Below, piece after piece: positions 37,822-48,186 of a stretch of 64,000 nt of DNA. The DNA comes from Candidatus Bathyarchaeia archaeon (GTDB lineage: Archaea > Thermoproteota > Bathyarchaeia > Bathyarchaeales > Bathycorpusculaceae): assembly GCA_049521795.1 (NCBI GenBank), contig JBEKOM010000005.1:40658-104657 (forward strand), written 5' to 3'. The translations under genes were made by a program, and so were the position numbers. A model generated the notes under the pieces. The model was not told the origin of the DNA and did not search any database. It saw only the letters and a list, made by a program, of their open reading frames with translations. How positions within the stretch are numbered: the first letter of the stretch is position 1; each line of letters opens with the position of its first letter.

Positions 37822-38165
37822 AGCAATTCCTCACACTTTCTCGTTTTGCACCTTAATGATGTCTGGCATAACAGTTGGTCGCGTCTTCTTTCCGTTTCAT
37901 ACGGTAGCCTTGCCCCTTGCCTAGGAACAGGAGCTTCTTACTTGATAAGGCTGACCCTGAATCGACCGTACAACATGTTGACCCTTTGGATCATTTTTGA
38001 CCTAGTGACTTTTTTTGAAGAATGCTTCGGCCCTTTGGGTGTATCCAGATTGTAGGGGCTTTCATTCTAAGTTCATCACTGGTTCTGTTCATATGAAGAG
38101 TACGCGTGCCACCACGAGGTCTAGACTTTTGCCAGCATAAGTGACTTATGGTTGGACCAAAAATT

Positions 38166-38244
38166 TGGTGCGGTCGCCGGGATTTGAACCCGGGATCACA
38201 AGCTTGGAGGGCTTGTGTCCTAAACCAGACTAGACCACGACCGC
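38166..38244 (-). tRNA. tRNA-Gly(UCC), with C at position 33
   Basis: GCGGTCG/CGACCGC acceptor plus A-CCA, anticodon arm CAAGC-CCTCCAA-GCTTG, T-arm CCGGG-TTCAAAT-CCCGG. Confidence 0.92.
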
Positions 38245-38294
38245 TCTGTTTTTGTGCAGTACATTAGCGTCGGTGGGCTAGATAAGATTTCTTT

Positions 38295-38960
38295 TCATTC
38301 CCTGCGCGGCTTTTCATCTGGTTTGAACAGTTTTTTCTCGTACTTGGGTCTCGGCTTGAAACTTCCATGAAGGGCAGGCATGGATGTTCGTTGCCTTTCG
38401 AGATTCTTGATTCGAGCGTACAGCTTCGAAACCTTAGTCTTGGAAGGTATCTTGGACCGGGGAATCTTCACGTGAACCGGGGTGAATGGTTTCTTGATTT
38501 CAGCGAATGCACGTTTCCTTCTGGTCTGCACTTCTTTCACTTTTCTGAAGAGAACGTAACCCTCTTTCAGATTGACTTCCCGGACTTCCCATCCGGCGTC
38601 TAGCCAACCGTGAGCGTGGGGACTGCTCTGCGAGTTGTCCCACCATTTCTCGGTGCGGTACGCGCTCATCGGCAGGTTCTCGCCAATTGTGCCGTCAATT
38701 CGTGCAAAACTGAGCTTGACGCTTCCGGTGAAGGATCCTCTGAACCGCAGGTAGCCCGTAAGACCAGCATACTTGGAAGCGGTCGTTCGCGAGACAACTC
38801 TTCTTGCACAGTTCAGACAGAACAATCTGGTTGGGTCACCTGTCACGACGTCAGGGATCATGCAGTCCCTGCAGTAAAGCCGTCCGCACCTCTCGCACCG
38901 CCTGAGATAGCTTGTTCGAAGCACTCTCTTGCAGATTCCGCATTCGTCCCTCAACGGCAT
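38295..38960 (-). CDS. Zn-finger protein with a C-terminal LSFARID/LP.SA..WW.N/W..AGW domain (DUF7662-like)
   Basis: Four CxxC pairs, followed by SKYAGL..YL, LPMSAYRTEKWWDN and WLDAGWEV. Confidence 0.7.
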   Translation of the reverse strand: MPLRDECGICKRVLRTSYLRRCERCGRLYCRDCMIPDVVTGDPTRLFCLNCARRVVSRTTASKYAGLTGYLRFRGSFTGSVKLSFARIDGTIGENLPMSAYRTEKWWDNSQSSPHAHGWLDAGWEVREVNLKEGYVLFRKVKEVQTRRKRAFAEIKKPFTPVHVKIPRSKIPSKTKVSKLYARIKNLERQRTSMPALHGSFKPRPKYEKKLFKPDEKPRRE

Positions 38961-39099
38961 CTAGGCCTCCCACATATGCTAGGTGACGCTATGTGACTAT
39001 GGACAGGCTGTTGATATAAATCTCCTCTTCTTTGAAAGTGTAGTTGAAATTCATAACGGAATTAAGGGCAAGTTGCACCAATGTGTGTAGTGAAAGAGC

Positions 39100-39501
39100 T
39101 TGCTCTTCAGTGAGTACCTTCACGAGAAAGCCGAGGAATCAAGGCACAACGAGACCCTCGGCTATCTCATAGTCATAATCGGGTCCTTGTTCTTCATCGG
39201 AGGGCTTCTCGTGACGGTAGTAACGGTTGCGAACCCAGAATGGTTCCTGATGATACCTTATCTTCTGACGCCAAACCCGTACAGTCTTCTCAGTTTGTCC
39301 ATGGTTTCTGTCGGCTTCACTCTCCTCATAGTTGGAATAGCCTTAGGGATACACTATGCCAGAGAAAGGTCATGGTACATGCGAGAATTGCACAAGGCGC
39401 ATTCGATGGAGGAACAGAAACTGAAAGAGGAGAGAAAGAGCCTGACAAAAACAGTGTGGGCAGAACTGGCTGAAAACAAAGTGGAGAGCCCAGATCAATA
39501 G
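39100..39501 (+). CDS. Two-TM hypothetical membrane protein
   Basis: Two hydrophobic helices and a charged C-terminal tail. Confidence 0.65.
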   Translation: MLFSEYLHEKAEESRHNETLGYLIVIIGSLFFIGGLLVTVVTVANPEWFLMIPYLLTPNPYSLLSLSMVSVGFTLLIVGIALGIHYARERSWYMRELHKAHSMEEQKLKEERKSLTKTVWAELAENKVESPDQ

Positions 39502-39502
39502 T

Positions 39503-40990
39503 TTAGCCTTTCACCACTGCTATCGGGACGAATCTCGCAACCTTCGTGGCTATGCCAACCTTGTCGCTAACGTCGACAACCACGTCAACATTCTTGTAGG
39601 CCGGATCAGCCTCTTCGGCAAGAACCTCGGCGCTCGCAGAGCGCACATAGATGCCGCGCTTCTCCAAGGCTTTCTTGACGTCGCCACCCCAGAAATTACG
39701 TTTTGCAGCGCTTCGACTCATCCTGCGACCAGCACCATGAGCAGTCGAACCGAACGTTACCTGCATAGCCTTCTCTGTACCAACAAGAAGCCAAGAGCTG
39801 GTTCCCATGCTTCCAGGAATGAGCACAGGCTGCCCTGCGGAACGATAGGCTACTGGGATCTCTGCGTGACCCGGCGGAAACGCCCGGGTCGCACCTTTTC
39901 TGTGAACCCAGACCTTCTTCTGAACTCCATCGATGCTGTGAGTCTCTATCTTCGCAATGTTGTGCGCAACGTCGTATACGAGTTGCAACCCGAACTTCGC
40001 AGGGTCCTCATTGAAAACCTGCCGAAAACTCTCGCGAACCCAGTGCAGGATTGTCTGCCTATTGACGAACGCGTAGTTGACCGCGCACGCCATAGCCTGA
40101 TAGTAGTCCTGTGCCTCCTGACTCTTTCCAGGCGCACACGCAAGCTCTCTATCGGGCAACAACAGCTTGTATTTCTCAACCGCTCTTTCCATCACTCGCA
40201 GGTAATCCGAGCATACTTGATGACCAAGGCCCCTTGAACCGCAATGAATCATCAGCGTGACCTGCCCTTCACGCTCGATCCCAAAGGTCTTAGCCGTCTT
40301 AGCGTCAACGATCTTGTCAACCCTTTGGATTTCCAAGAAATGGTTTCCAGAACCAAGCGTGCCGATCTGCGTCAGACCTCTGTTCTTCGCGTTCGATGAC
40401 ACCTTGTCAGGGTCAGCGTTTTTCATGCAGCCGCTTTCCTCACAGTGTTCGGCGTCTTCAGGCCAACCCAGTCCATGGTCAATAGCCCAGTTGACACCTT
40501 CTGTTGCAAGTCTGTCCAAATCGTGCAGCGACACTTTGAAATCTTTTCTTCGGCTTCCAAGTCCACACGGAACGTTGTCAAAGATCGCGTTTGTGAGTTG
40601 ACCAAGCTTCGGCCTCACGTCTTGTTCTGACATGTTTGTCGTGACGAGGCGAACTCCGCAGTTAATGTCATAACCTACTCCGCCGGGGCTGATCACGCCT
40701 TCTTCGTAGTCCGTTGCCGCAACGCCGCCGATTGGAAAACCATAACCCTCGTGACCGTCAGGCAAGGTTATAGCATGTTTATAGATCCCGGGCAGATGGG
40801 CCACGTTTGCGCATTGCTGAAGAGTTCGGTCTGTCTGCATCTTCTCCAGCAAGTCTCTGTTAGCGTACACTATGCCCGGAACCCGCATGCCCGACTTGTA
40901 CTTGGGAATGCTCCACGAGTAATCGTCTATTTTCTCAAGCGGAACCCTTTCCTTAGGGGCCCGTCCTTCCCCCTCTTCCATTTCTTTCAC
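39503..40990 (-). CDS. rtcB: RNA-splicing ligase RtcB
   Basis: LPDGHEGYGFPIG, GYDINCG, GTLGSGNHF, HCGSRG, HN, HRKGAT, PGSMG, HGAGR and EEADPAYK. Confidence 0.96.
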   Translation of the reverse strand: MKEMEEGEGRAPKERVPLEKIDDYSWSIPKYKSGMRVPGIVYANRDLLEKMQTDRTLQQCANVAHLPGIYKHAITLPDGHEGYGFPIGGVAATDYEEGVISPGGVGYDINCGVRLVTTNMSEQDVRPKLGQLTNAIFDNVPCGLGSRRKDFKVSLHDLDRLATEGVNWAIDHGLGWPEDAEHCEESGCMKNADPDKVSSNAKNRGLTQIGTLGSGNHFLEIQRVDKIVDAKTAKTFGIEREGQVTLMIHCGSRGLGHQVCSDYLRVMERAVEKYKLLLPDRELACAPGKSQEAQDYYQAMACAVNYAFVNRQTILHWVRESFRQVFNEDPAKFGLQLVYDVAHNIAKIETHSIDGVQKKVWVHRKGATRAFPPGHAEIPVAYRSAGQPVLIPGSMGTSSWLLVGTEKAMQVTFGSTAHGAGRRMSRSAAKRNFWGGDVKKALEKRGIYVRSASAEVLAEEADPAYKNVDVVVDVSDKVGIATKVARFVPIAVVKG

Positions 40991-41055
40991 CTACTGCTAC
41001 AGAAAGGTGATAAAGCGGAAATATAAACGATCTTGAAAGGCTAGACTGATACGAG

Positions 41056-41982
41056 CTACTTTGCGGAAACATTGCCGTATTTTTCCGCAAACTTCAACGC
41101 GCCCTGCACACTGTGGTCAAAAACCACTCCGCCTAGAACCGGATGTGCTTTAACATACTTCACGGCTTTGCGCAAAGATTCGTCGCTCTCAAGAATCTTG
41201 TCGCGAACTGCTTCAAAGCCTTGCTTGTTCCGAAGTCCTTGTTCTGCGATGGACACCCAGAGCTTCAGTTGGTTCGCGTACGCTCGCAGCTTCTCAACCG
41301 CGCTAGTTGCCTTGCCAAAATGACTGTAGTACAGAGCTTTTGGATTGAGACCTATCAGTTTTTCTAAAGAAGCGAGTGAGGCGTCCAAGCGGAAAGGCGG
41401 AGGTATGGTGGGAACGACAACGTTGATGTCTTTTAGGTAAATGCCCGCAGCGTCTCCTGGGAAGATTCCGCCGCTGAATGTTTCGTAATAGCTCTGGTGG
41501 TGAGAAGCGTGGCCGAGGGTTTCCACAACTCTGAGTCTAACGTTGTTTCCAACGTCAACGGTCATGCCGTCTGGTGCTGCGATGATTCGCTCGGCCGGAA
41601 CAGGCTCAGGCGCACCGTACAGTTCTGTTATTTCCTTTCCGAGAACTTCACTTGACTGTTGCCAGAGTTTTTCGGGGTTCACGAGGTGAGCTGCGGCTGC
41701 AGGATGTACTATCACCTTTGCTTTCGGCAAGTTCTTCACGAGGGTTCCGACGCCTCCGCCATGGTCCAAGTGGATATGCGTGACGGCAACATAGGCAACA
41801 TCTTTCAGTCTGACGTTAAGTTTCTCTAACCCAGAAAGCAGTTTGGGCACCGAGGACGTAGGACCGGTTTCAACAATCGCCACCTGCTTCCCTTTCAGAA
41901 CATAGCTGGCGATGAAATTCTCAAGTCCGCCTGGCGAAACGTCGACCAGAAATATGTGTTCCTCAAGTCTTGTAACGTTCAT
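41056..41982 (-). CDS. MBL-fold metallo-hydrolase
   Basis: THIHLDHGGG, GHASHH, FPGDAAG and YSHFG. Confidence 0.9.
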   Translation of the reverse strand: MNVTRLEEHIFLVDVSPGGLENFIASYVLKGKQVAIVETGPTSSVPKLLSGLEKLNVRLKDVAYVAVTHIHLDHGGGVGTLVKNLPKAKVIVHPAAAAHLVNPEKLWQQSSEVLGKEITELYGAPEPVPAERIIAAPDGMTVDVGNNVRLRVVETLGHASHHQSYYETFSGGIFPGDAAGIYLKDINVVVPTIPPPFRLDASLASLEKLIGLNPKALYYSHFGKATSAVEKLRAYANQLKLWVSIAEQGLRNKQGFEAVRDKILESDESLRKAVKYVKAHPVLGGVVFDHSVQGALKFAEKYGNVSAK

Positions 41983-42083
41983 TCGAACATGAACCGCCAA
42001 GTGCTGGTGAAGTCTTAGCTGCCGCTAACGGTTTAAACATTTTCCCAGAGGCAGAAAACCTGCAGATTCGAATCTGACCTTTG

Positions 42084-42311
42084 CTATCTGCGCAGCTGCT
42101 TCTTCTTCTCTCCCGGATCGGGCTCAGGCTCACCTGCGCCAAGAAGCACTCTGAGCGACCTAACTTCTTCTCTCAGCATGCTGACCTCACTCTCTAGGGC
42201 TCTAGCCTTAGAGTCGGCCATCTTCTTAAGCTCTTCAATCTCCAGCAGAAGATTCTTGCGCTCATTTTCCAAAGTCCTGAGATGCTCTACCATGCTCTTA
42301 AGATTGCTCAT
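42084..42311 (-). CDS. Small coiled-coil protein
   Basis: Continuous heptad pattern LRTLENERKNLLLEIEELKK...LESEVSMLREEVRSL. Confidence 0.65.
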   Translation of the reverse strand: MSNLKSMVEHLRTLENERKNLLLEIEELKKMADSKARALESEVSMLREEVRSLRVLLGAGEPEPDPGEKKKQLRR

Positions 42312-42398
42312 GAACTTGACTCCTTGTTCTCCCCGCTCGATACAAACTGACATGACAAATTTAAAGATTCTTGCAGAAGCCACGTTGGTGGAAGCGTT

Positions 42399-42848
42399 CT
42401 ATATGTCAAGTATGAACCTCAGCGTGACCCCCATGGGGTGCTTGATGATTTCCATACGGTGATAAGTCACAGCCTTAACACCCACCTTCTGTAGGTGTTT
42501 GCTTGCGTCGAATTCTTCTCCCCATATTCTCGCATTAAGCACGAACCGATCCTGAATTTGACCTAGATGCCAGACTTCGAATTTTGAGTAGAGCATCCCG
42601 CTTACGTCAAACTTCACAAGCAAAGCTTCAAGCCAGTTGTAGAGCAAAGCGAACTCGTCTTGACCTGTCACTTCTACACTGTCTTCAACGTTGGGACTTA
42701 CCTTTTCAACTTCTGTCATGACGTCAAACATGGCAGCCGCAGCGTTTTCAAAAGCTTCAGGCAGGTCCTTTCCGTAAGCGGCTATGTAGGCATCTGCCGT
42801 GTGTTCTAGAAATTCGAAGCCTTTCTTCTTACCCATTTCTTCATCCAC
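42399..42848 (-). CDS. Archease (RtcB cofactor)
   Basis: FEFLEHTAD, EAFENAA, VKAVTYH and C-terminal LDI. Confidence 0.93.
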   Translation of the reverse strand: MDEEMGKKKGFEFLEHTADAYIAAYGKDLPEAFENAAAAMFDVMTEVEKVSPNVEDSVEVTGQDEFALLYNWLEALLVKFDVSGMLYSKFEVWHLGQIQDRFVLNARIWGEEFDASKHLQKVGVKAVTYHRMEIIKHPMGVTLRFILDI

Positions 42849-43023
42849 GAAAATATTGAATGAGTTAATCTAAAAACAGTTTTGCTCACAGCTGAACGTG
42901 ATCTATCCCCGGACCTACTGGGAACAGCTTAAACACTGGTCAGAACCTTTTCTTCGTTCCTCCTTCACGCACTACTGCTCTTGCCAAATTTTTCTTCAAA
43001 CACTTCATAGAGAGGCTCAGTGG

Positions 43024-43494
43024 CTAGCAAGAGCTTTGAGTAAGCTTCAGAAGAATTTCGACAGCATTCTTAACGAAAACCGTGCACTTTTCCTCGAAGA
43101 CATTTGCCTTAGCCGCTTTGTCCCGCTGCTCGGGAACCGACAGATCAAATCCGATGAGTTCTTTACACAAGACGCTTCCGTTCTGGGCCTCAAATTGTTT
43201 GTAGAATTTCTGAACGGTCTCGTACGCCTTCAATCGCTCCTTCATCAAAGGCTCATTTGTTCCGCATTTTATGCTTATGGCCATCACGCCGCCCGTTAAA
43301 GCTCCGCAGACAGATCCGCATCTTCCTATTCCTCCTCCGAAACCCGTGGCAATCTTGGGAACTAACTCATTCCTCACATGCCAGTGCTCCAACATCGTCA
43401 GGAGGACACTCTGAGCACAGTTGTAGCCTCGTTTGAAATGTTCTGCGGCTCTTTCACCGAGCCCGCTGCTATGATCCAAAGGTTCGATGCTCAC
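43024..43494 (-). CDS. C_GCAxxG_C_C family redox protein
   Basis: YNCAQSV, GFGGGIG..GSVCGALTG, CKEL and KC. Confidence 0.9.
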   Translation of the reverse strand: MSIEPLDHSSGLGERAAEHFKRGYNCAQSVLLTMLEHWHVRNELVPKIATGFGGGIGRCGSVCGALTGGVMAISIKCGTNEPLMKERLKAYETVQKFYKQFEAQNGSVLCKELIGFDLSVPEQRDKAAKANVFEEKCTVFVKNAVEILLKLTQSSC

Positions 43495-43499
43495 CCTGG

Positions 43500-44543
43500 C
43501 TAGAAGTATTTCGGAACCTTCTTGACAGCGGCGACACAGAGCTTAACAACGTTCTCTGAGTCAGTTAGGCTGAGCAGCGATGTTGGGCTGTGAATGTAGC
43601 GCGTTGGAACGGATATGGCACCACTTGGAACTCCTTCCTTCGCCAAAGATATGCGGCTTGCGTCTGTCCCGCCTGGCAATCCTGCCTCGAGCTGGTATGG
43701 AATTTTGCTTTCTTCCGCCGCGTCGACCAGCAGTCTCAACACTTTGGTATGAGTTATAAGCCCATAGTCTGCAACACAGAGCGACGGCCCCTTGCCAAGC
43801 TTCATGGGTGCGTCAGCTTCTTTAACACCGGGCATGTCTCCGGCTATTGTCACGTCAAGCGCGATACCGACATCAGGGTATATTCCGTAAGCGGACGCTG
43901 TTGCTCCTCTGCAGCCGACTTCTTCTTGCACCGTTCCGACAGCATACACCGTGCATTCTGTTTTTTCAAGACGCTTCATCACTTCAACCAAGACGGCGCA
44001 ACCTATCCGGTCATCGAAGGCCTTGCCGATCACGATGTCTTTTCCAATCTGCGCGAATTTTACGTCAAACTCAACGGGGTCTCCGACTCTTACCCCCATT
44101 TTCCAAGCTTCTTCTTGGCTTCTTGCCCCGATGTCAATGAACAGTTCATCGCTGGGAATGATTCTCTTACGTTCGTCTTCTTTCTGAATGTGCGGCGGCT
44201 TAGACCCTATTATGCCATGCAGAGGCCCCTTCTCAGCGTGGACCACGACCTTTTGAGCAAGCAGAACGCGGTCGTCTATCCCGCCTATCTTCATGAACTG
44301 CAGAAAGCCCTCTTTCGAAATCGTCTTAACAAGGAGACCTATTTCGTCCATGTGGCCGGCAAGCATCACTCTCGGACCGTTCTTCTTTCCTTCCTTTACC
44401 GCTATCACATTCCCAAGCTTATCCTCTTTGATTTCGTCAACGTAGGGTTTCAAGAACTTCTGAATCAAACTTCTAACTTCTTCCTCTCTGCCCGAGACTC
44501 CACAAGCGTTCGACAACTTCTCCAACGTTTCAGAAAGCGTCAT
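43500..44543 (-). CDS. M42 family (TET) aminopeptidase
   Basis: GVSGREE, AGHMDEIG, KAFDDRIG, QEEVG, GGTDA and RYIHSP. Confidence 0.93.
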   Translation of the reverse strand: MTLSETLEKLSNACGVSGREEEVRSLIQKFLKPYVDEIKEDKLGNVIAVKEGKKNGPRVMLAGHMDEIGLLVKTISKEGFLQFMKIGGIDDRVLLAQKVVVHAEKGPLHGIIGSKPPHIQKEDERKRIIPSDELFIDIGARSQEEAWKMGVRVGDPVEFDVKFAQIGKDIVIGKAFDDRIGCAVLVEVMKRLEKTECTVYAVGTVQEEVGCRGATASAYGIYPDVGIALDVTIAGDMPGVKEADAPMKLGKGPSLCVADYGLITHTKVLRLLVDAAEESKIPYQLEAGLPGGTDASRISLAKEGVPSGAISVPTRYIHSPTSLLSLTDSENVVKLCVAAVKKVPKYF

Positions 44544-44824
44544 TGCAAATCCTCTTCAAGAGCAATCAATCTCTTGTGTTTCATATTAAACAATTGCGGT
44601 GACTCTTGCCTTCGAAAAGAAAAAAGTCAAACAGAAGCAGCTCAAGAAGATTGCATGACGAAAATTCCTCCATCGATTCTGACATCTAGAATTGTCGTTT
44701 AACGCCGCCCCTCGACTGAAAAGATGACCAGTGCATTTTCTTTGTGCTATAAGGTCCACAAACGTAGAAGAGAAAGGCAATTCTTAAACCTCACTTGATT
44801 TAACAACTACGTCAAGGTGTTGCT

Positions 44825-45787
44825 TTGCCGGAGTCGCAGTTCAAGAAGGTGTTCATCTTTTTTGACACTGATAAACATGCAAGCCCCTTTGACATACTGA
44901 CAACCGTGGATATTTTCCCTGAAGCTGAAATTCTGAAGTACGAAAGCGTTACCGTTGAGGACGCTGAAAGAATAGTCTATGACACGATTTTTCCACGAGG
45001 GCCTGAAGGCGCAAAGCACACGAAAATCTTCATAAATGGACGCGATTTCAGAATAGCAAACGAGATCCTGGCGAAGATTGAGAAGTGCATGTTTCCTCCG
45101 TTTGAAGTCGCAGTCATAATCGACCCTAGAGGCGCGTACACCACAGCAACCGCAGCGGTCGCAAAAACATTGGAACTCTCTCTCGCAAAAGGTCTCGGAG
45201 ACTTTGACAAAAAAAAGATCACGGTGCTGGCTGGAACAGGACCAGTCGGGCAGACAGCCGCAAGACTCTACGCGACTGAAAGAGCCGAGGTGATCGTGAC
45301 TTCTCGCGCCCTCCAGAAGGCCTGTTCTGTGGCGACCAAGATAAACGAGGAACTTGAAGCTGAGAGAGTCCGAGGGGTAGAAGCGCAGACCCCAGAAGAC
45401 GTGGGAAAAGCCATTGAAAACGCTGACATGGTTCTCTCAGCAGGAGCTGCAGGAACAGAACTTCTTCCTCTAGAAGTGCTCAAAAAACGTGGAAAGAAAT
45501 GCAGCATCGTCGCGGACATCAACGCCATTCCACCCCTGGGGGTAGAAGGACTCAATCCTAACGCTGATGGAAAGGAGATTTTGCCAAACGTTTTCGGAAT
45601 CGGCGCGCTGGCAATTGGAAAACTCAAGAACAAGGTTGAAGCGGCACTCATCAGAAAGGCGGCCGAAGAACCGAAAGGAATCTTCGATTACAGAACAGCC
45701 TACGAAATAGCCAAGAGCACTGTAGCCGCCAAGAAAGAAGAAAAGAAGCGACTAGAACCGGAAACGCCGAAACACTGGCTTCCTTGA
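44825..45787 (+). CDS. NAD(P)-dependent methylene-H4MPT dehydrogenase (MtdA/MtdB/MtdC family)
   Basis: DTDKHASPFD, IFPRG, TKIFING, DPRGAYTTA.A, LAGTGPVG and DINAIPPLGVEG. Confidence 0.85.
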   Translation: MPESQFKKVFIFFDTDKHASPFDILTTVDIFPEAEILKYESVTVEDAERIVYDTIFPRGPEGAKHTKIFINGRDFRIANEILAKIEKCMFPPFEVAVIIDPRGAYTTATAAVAKTLELSLAKGLGDFDKKKITVLAGTGPVGQTAARLYATERAEVIVTSRALQKACSVATKINEELEAERVRGVEAQTPEDVGKAIENADMVLSAGAAGTELLPLEVLKKRGKKCSIVADINAIPPLGVEGLNPNADGKEILPNVFGIGALAIGKLKNKVEAALIRKAAEEPKGIFDYRTAYEIAKSTVAAKKEEKKRLEPETPKHWLP

Positions 45788-45807
45788 CGCATGTCATTCG
45801 CACGCGT

Positions 45808-47166
45808 TCAACGGCTACCCTTTCCAACCGCTCTGTACGTAAGCCCAGCTTGCTTTGCTACCTCCAGCGTGAAGGCATTCCTACCATCGACTAAGACTGG
45901 CGTTGCCATTTTCTCCCTTAGCTTCTTGAGGTCCAGCTTCATGTACTCATTATGCTTGGTTGAAAGTACAACTGCGTCGGCGCCCTCTAAGGCTTTGTTG
46001 AGGTCATTCGTGAAAGGAAGGTCAAAGTCTCGCACAATTGGGTCGTGGAGAAGAGGTTTAGCCCCGCGCTTCTCCAATTCCCGGTACAGTGTGGCTGACG
46101 GTGTGTTCCTAGTGTCATCAGAATTCTCTAGGAACGCCACGCCTAAGATGGCGATCCTTGCGCCCTTCAGTTTCTTTCCATGTTCGGCCAGTGCATCCTC
46201 GATCAAGTCGGCCACGTGCAGCGGCATGTTGTCGTTTGTCTCTCGGCTGTCAACCAGGATCTTCGGAAAGAATTTGAATTTGCCATAGGTGTCAAGGCCA
46301 TACTTTAGGAGCCACGGGTCTTTCGGAAGGCAGTGGCCTCCCGTGCCTGCGCCAGGGAAGTGCATGTTTCTAACCGGGTTAGAGGCCGGGTTCTTCGGGT
46401 CGTTGGGCAGGGTGTTTACGAGCTCACGCACTTTGAAGACGTCTACTCCGAGGCTTTCGCATATCAACGCTATCTCATTCGCAAAGGCGATGTTCACGTC
46501 CCTGTAGGTGTTCTCGACGACCTTAGCCACCTCAGCGGTGAGAATGTCCGTGGGGCACAGCTTCGCCTTCACGATATGCGCATAAAGTTCCATCGCGCGC
46601 TTTGTGCTCTCCTGGTCGAGTCCGCCCACTATCCGCGGAAGCTCCACGATGTTCTTGATCAAGCGGCCAACCATAACCCGTTCGTAGCAGAACGCCAAGC
46701 TGAAATCCTTCCCAGCCCTCATGCCTGAGGCCTTTTCAAGTATTGGCTTTACAACGTTCTCAGTTGTGCCCGGCGCGACTGTCGATTCGACTACGATCAA
46801 CGTGCTCGGCTTGATAAACTCACCAACTTCGGCACTGACTTCTTTGAGAGATTCATAATTCGGAACTCTGCTGGCATCCGTCGGGGTCTGCACGTCTATC
46901 AAAACCGCCTCAGCGTCCCTGCACGTCGAGAGGTCCTCCACGACTTTGAACGTACCTTTCCTGACGACCCGCGCGATCAACGCTGACAGACCTGGCTCCT
47001 CGCCGCCGATCGGATTTTTTCCCTCGTTCAACCAGTCAATCTTCCAGCCTGATCGCTTTGACCTGCGCTGCACGCCTACAACTGTGAAGCCTGGAACATC
47101 CGCGAACAACGCTGCCACAGGTATTCCAACGTAGCCCATGCCTACGACTACGACTTTTCTTTCCAT
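45808..47166 (-). CDS. Nucleotide-sugar dehydrogenase (UDP-ManNAc/GlcNAc DH family)
   Basis: VGMGYVG, ESTVAPGTT, KVVENTYRDVNIAFANE, GGHCLPKDP and DDTRNTP. Confidence 0.92.
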   Translation of the reverse strand: MERKVVVVGMGYVGIPVAALFADVPGFTVVGVQRRSKRSGWKIDWLNEGKNPIGGEEPGLSALIARVVRKGTFKVVEDLSTCRDAEAVLIDVQTPTDASRVPNYESLKEVSAEVGEFIKPSTLIVVESTVAPGTTENVVKPILEKASGMRAGKDFSLAFCYERVMVGRLIKNIVELPRIVGGLDQESTKRAMELYAHIVKAKLCPTDILTAEVAKVVENTYRDVNIAFANEIALICESLGVDVFKVRELVNTLPNDPKNPASNPVRNMHFPGAGTGGHCLPKDPWLLKYGLDTYGKFKFFPKILVDSRETNDNMPLHVADLIEDALAEHGKKLKGARIAILGVAFLENSDDTRNTPSATLYRELEKRGAKPLLHDPIVRDFDLPFTNDLNKALEGADAVVLSTKHNEYMKLDLKKLREKMATPVLVDGRNAFTLEVAKQAGLTYRAVGKGSR

Positions 47167-47249
47167 GGGACTAGCCAAACCCTCGGCAAGTATATCTTGC
47201 TTTCGCCAGAGCCCAAACGCTTTCCGACGCAAAAGTTTAAGCGTGTACA

Positions 47250-47543
47250 CTATTTGTTAAATCGTTCAAGAGCGTGTTCAAGAGCATCAACCCACACCAA
47301 AAGCCCGGGTTTATTCTCGACGGCAACGATCTTACCCTTACGGTCAACAATCATTTCAACAACGTTCTTCAAGATGACCATCGGCTTCTCAGTAACCCTT
47401 CCATCCTCCTTGCGGGTAGCGTTAATGAATTCTGCGCTATCAGCCTTGACAAAAGTGTTCCTGTCTAAGAAGAAACCGTTTATATAGCAATTCTTGAGCT
47501 TCTCCCTCAAACGGCGCAACTCGCTCATGCGCAATGCCTTCAT
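47250..47543 (-). CDS. Hypothetical protein
   Basis: 97-aa ORF with protein-like composition and a TATA-like element upstream. Confidence 0.55.
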   Translation of the reverse strand: MKALRMSELRRLREKLKNCYINGFFLDRNTFVKADSAEFINATRKEDGRVTEKPMVILKNVVEMIVDRKGKIVAVENKPGLLVWVDALEHALERFNK

Positions 47544-47702
47544 CTGGGTTGATAGTAGAAGAGACTTTTAAGGCTTGATAATTGAACTGAGCAAAAGCTC
47601 AGGGTCCAAACGCCCCGTTTTTTGGTCTTTGTCTAACCAATTGATAAATCTCAAGACCGCCTGGAAGAAATGAACTGAAGAACCAACAAGAGGCTTTTCC
47701 CT

Positions 47703-48023
47703 ATGAGCATAGAAAGGCAGATCCTTTCATACCTGACGAAGTATGGAAACACAAGAGAAACTGACCTGATAAATTATGGTGTGCAGAATTTTGCCCGATC
47801 TCCTGAAGAAATGAAGAAGATAATAGACCGAATGGCTGTAAAGGGCAAGATTCACCGCATCGTGCACTGCAAGCTCAAGCCACCCGAAGTGTACATAGCC
47901 CTAGAAGAGTCTCCTCCCATTTACACGATGATAGAGGACCAAATCGCCAACGATGAAGCTAGGAGGATTCTTGAAGAAGCAGCTTCAGTGGCGAAGCATA
48001 CAAGTGAAGATGGGCGTTCATAG
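47703..48023 (+). CDS. Hypothetical protein, winged-helix-like N-terminus
   Basis: IERQILSYLTKYG..RETDL...KIIDRMAVKGKIHR pattern. Confidence 0.6.
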   Translation: MSIERQILSYLTKYGNTRETDLINYGVQNFARSPEEMKKIIDRMAVKGKIHRIVHCKLKPPEVYIALEESPPIYTMIEDQIANDEARRILEEAASVAKHTSEDGRS

Positions 48024-48186
48024 AGTTTGACGCCTGCATTATGGCGTTGCTGATTCTGCTTCAGAACCAGTCAGTTTCGAAAAAATAGTGATCGCCAACA
48101 GGGAACCACGTGAGTCTCGACACTTATGCCTAGATGTTCACTTTGATAGCGACACACCTATAGCGCCTCTTTTTCGAGCTGGTCTT

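Noticed and set aside
27860-38165. Island integrated at tRNA-Gly
   Set aside because: No duplicate of the tRNA 3' end found by eye at the far boundary, so integration at this tRNA is unsupported.
43590-44702. 370-aa + strand ORF
   Set aside because: Antisense shadow of the M42 peptidase, with no motifs.
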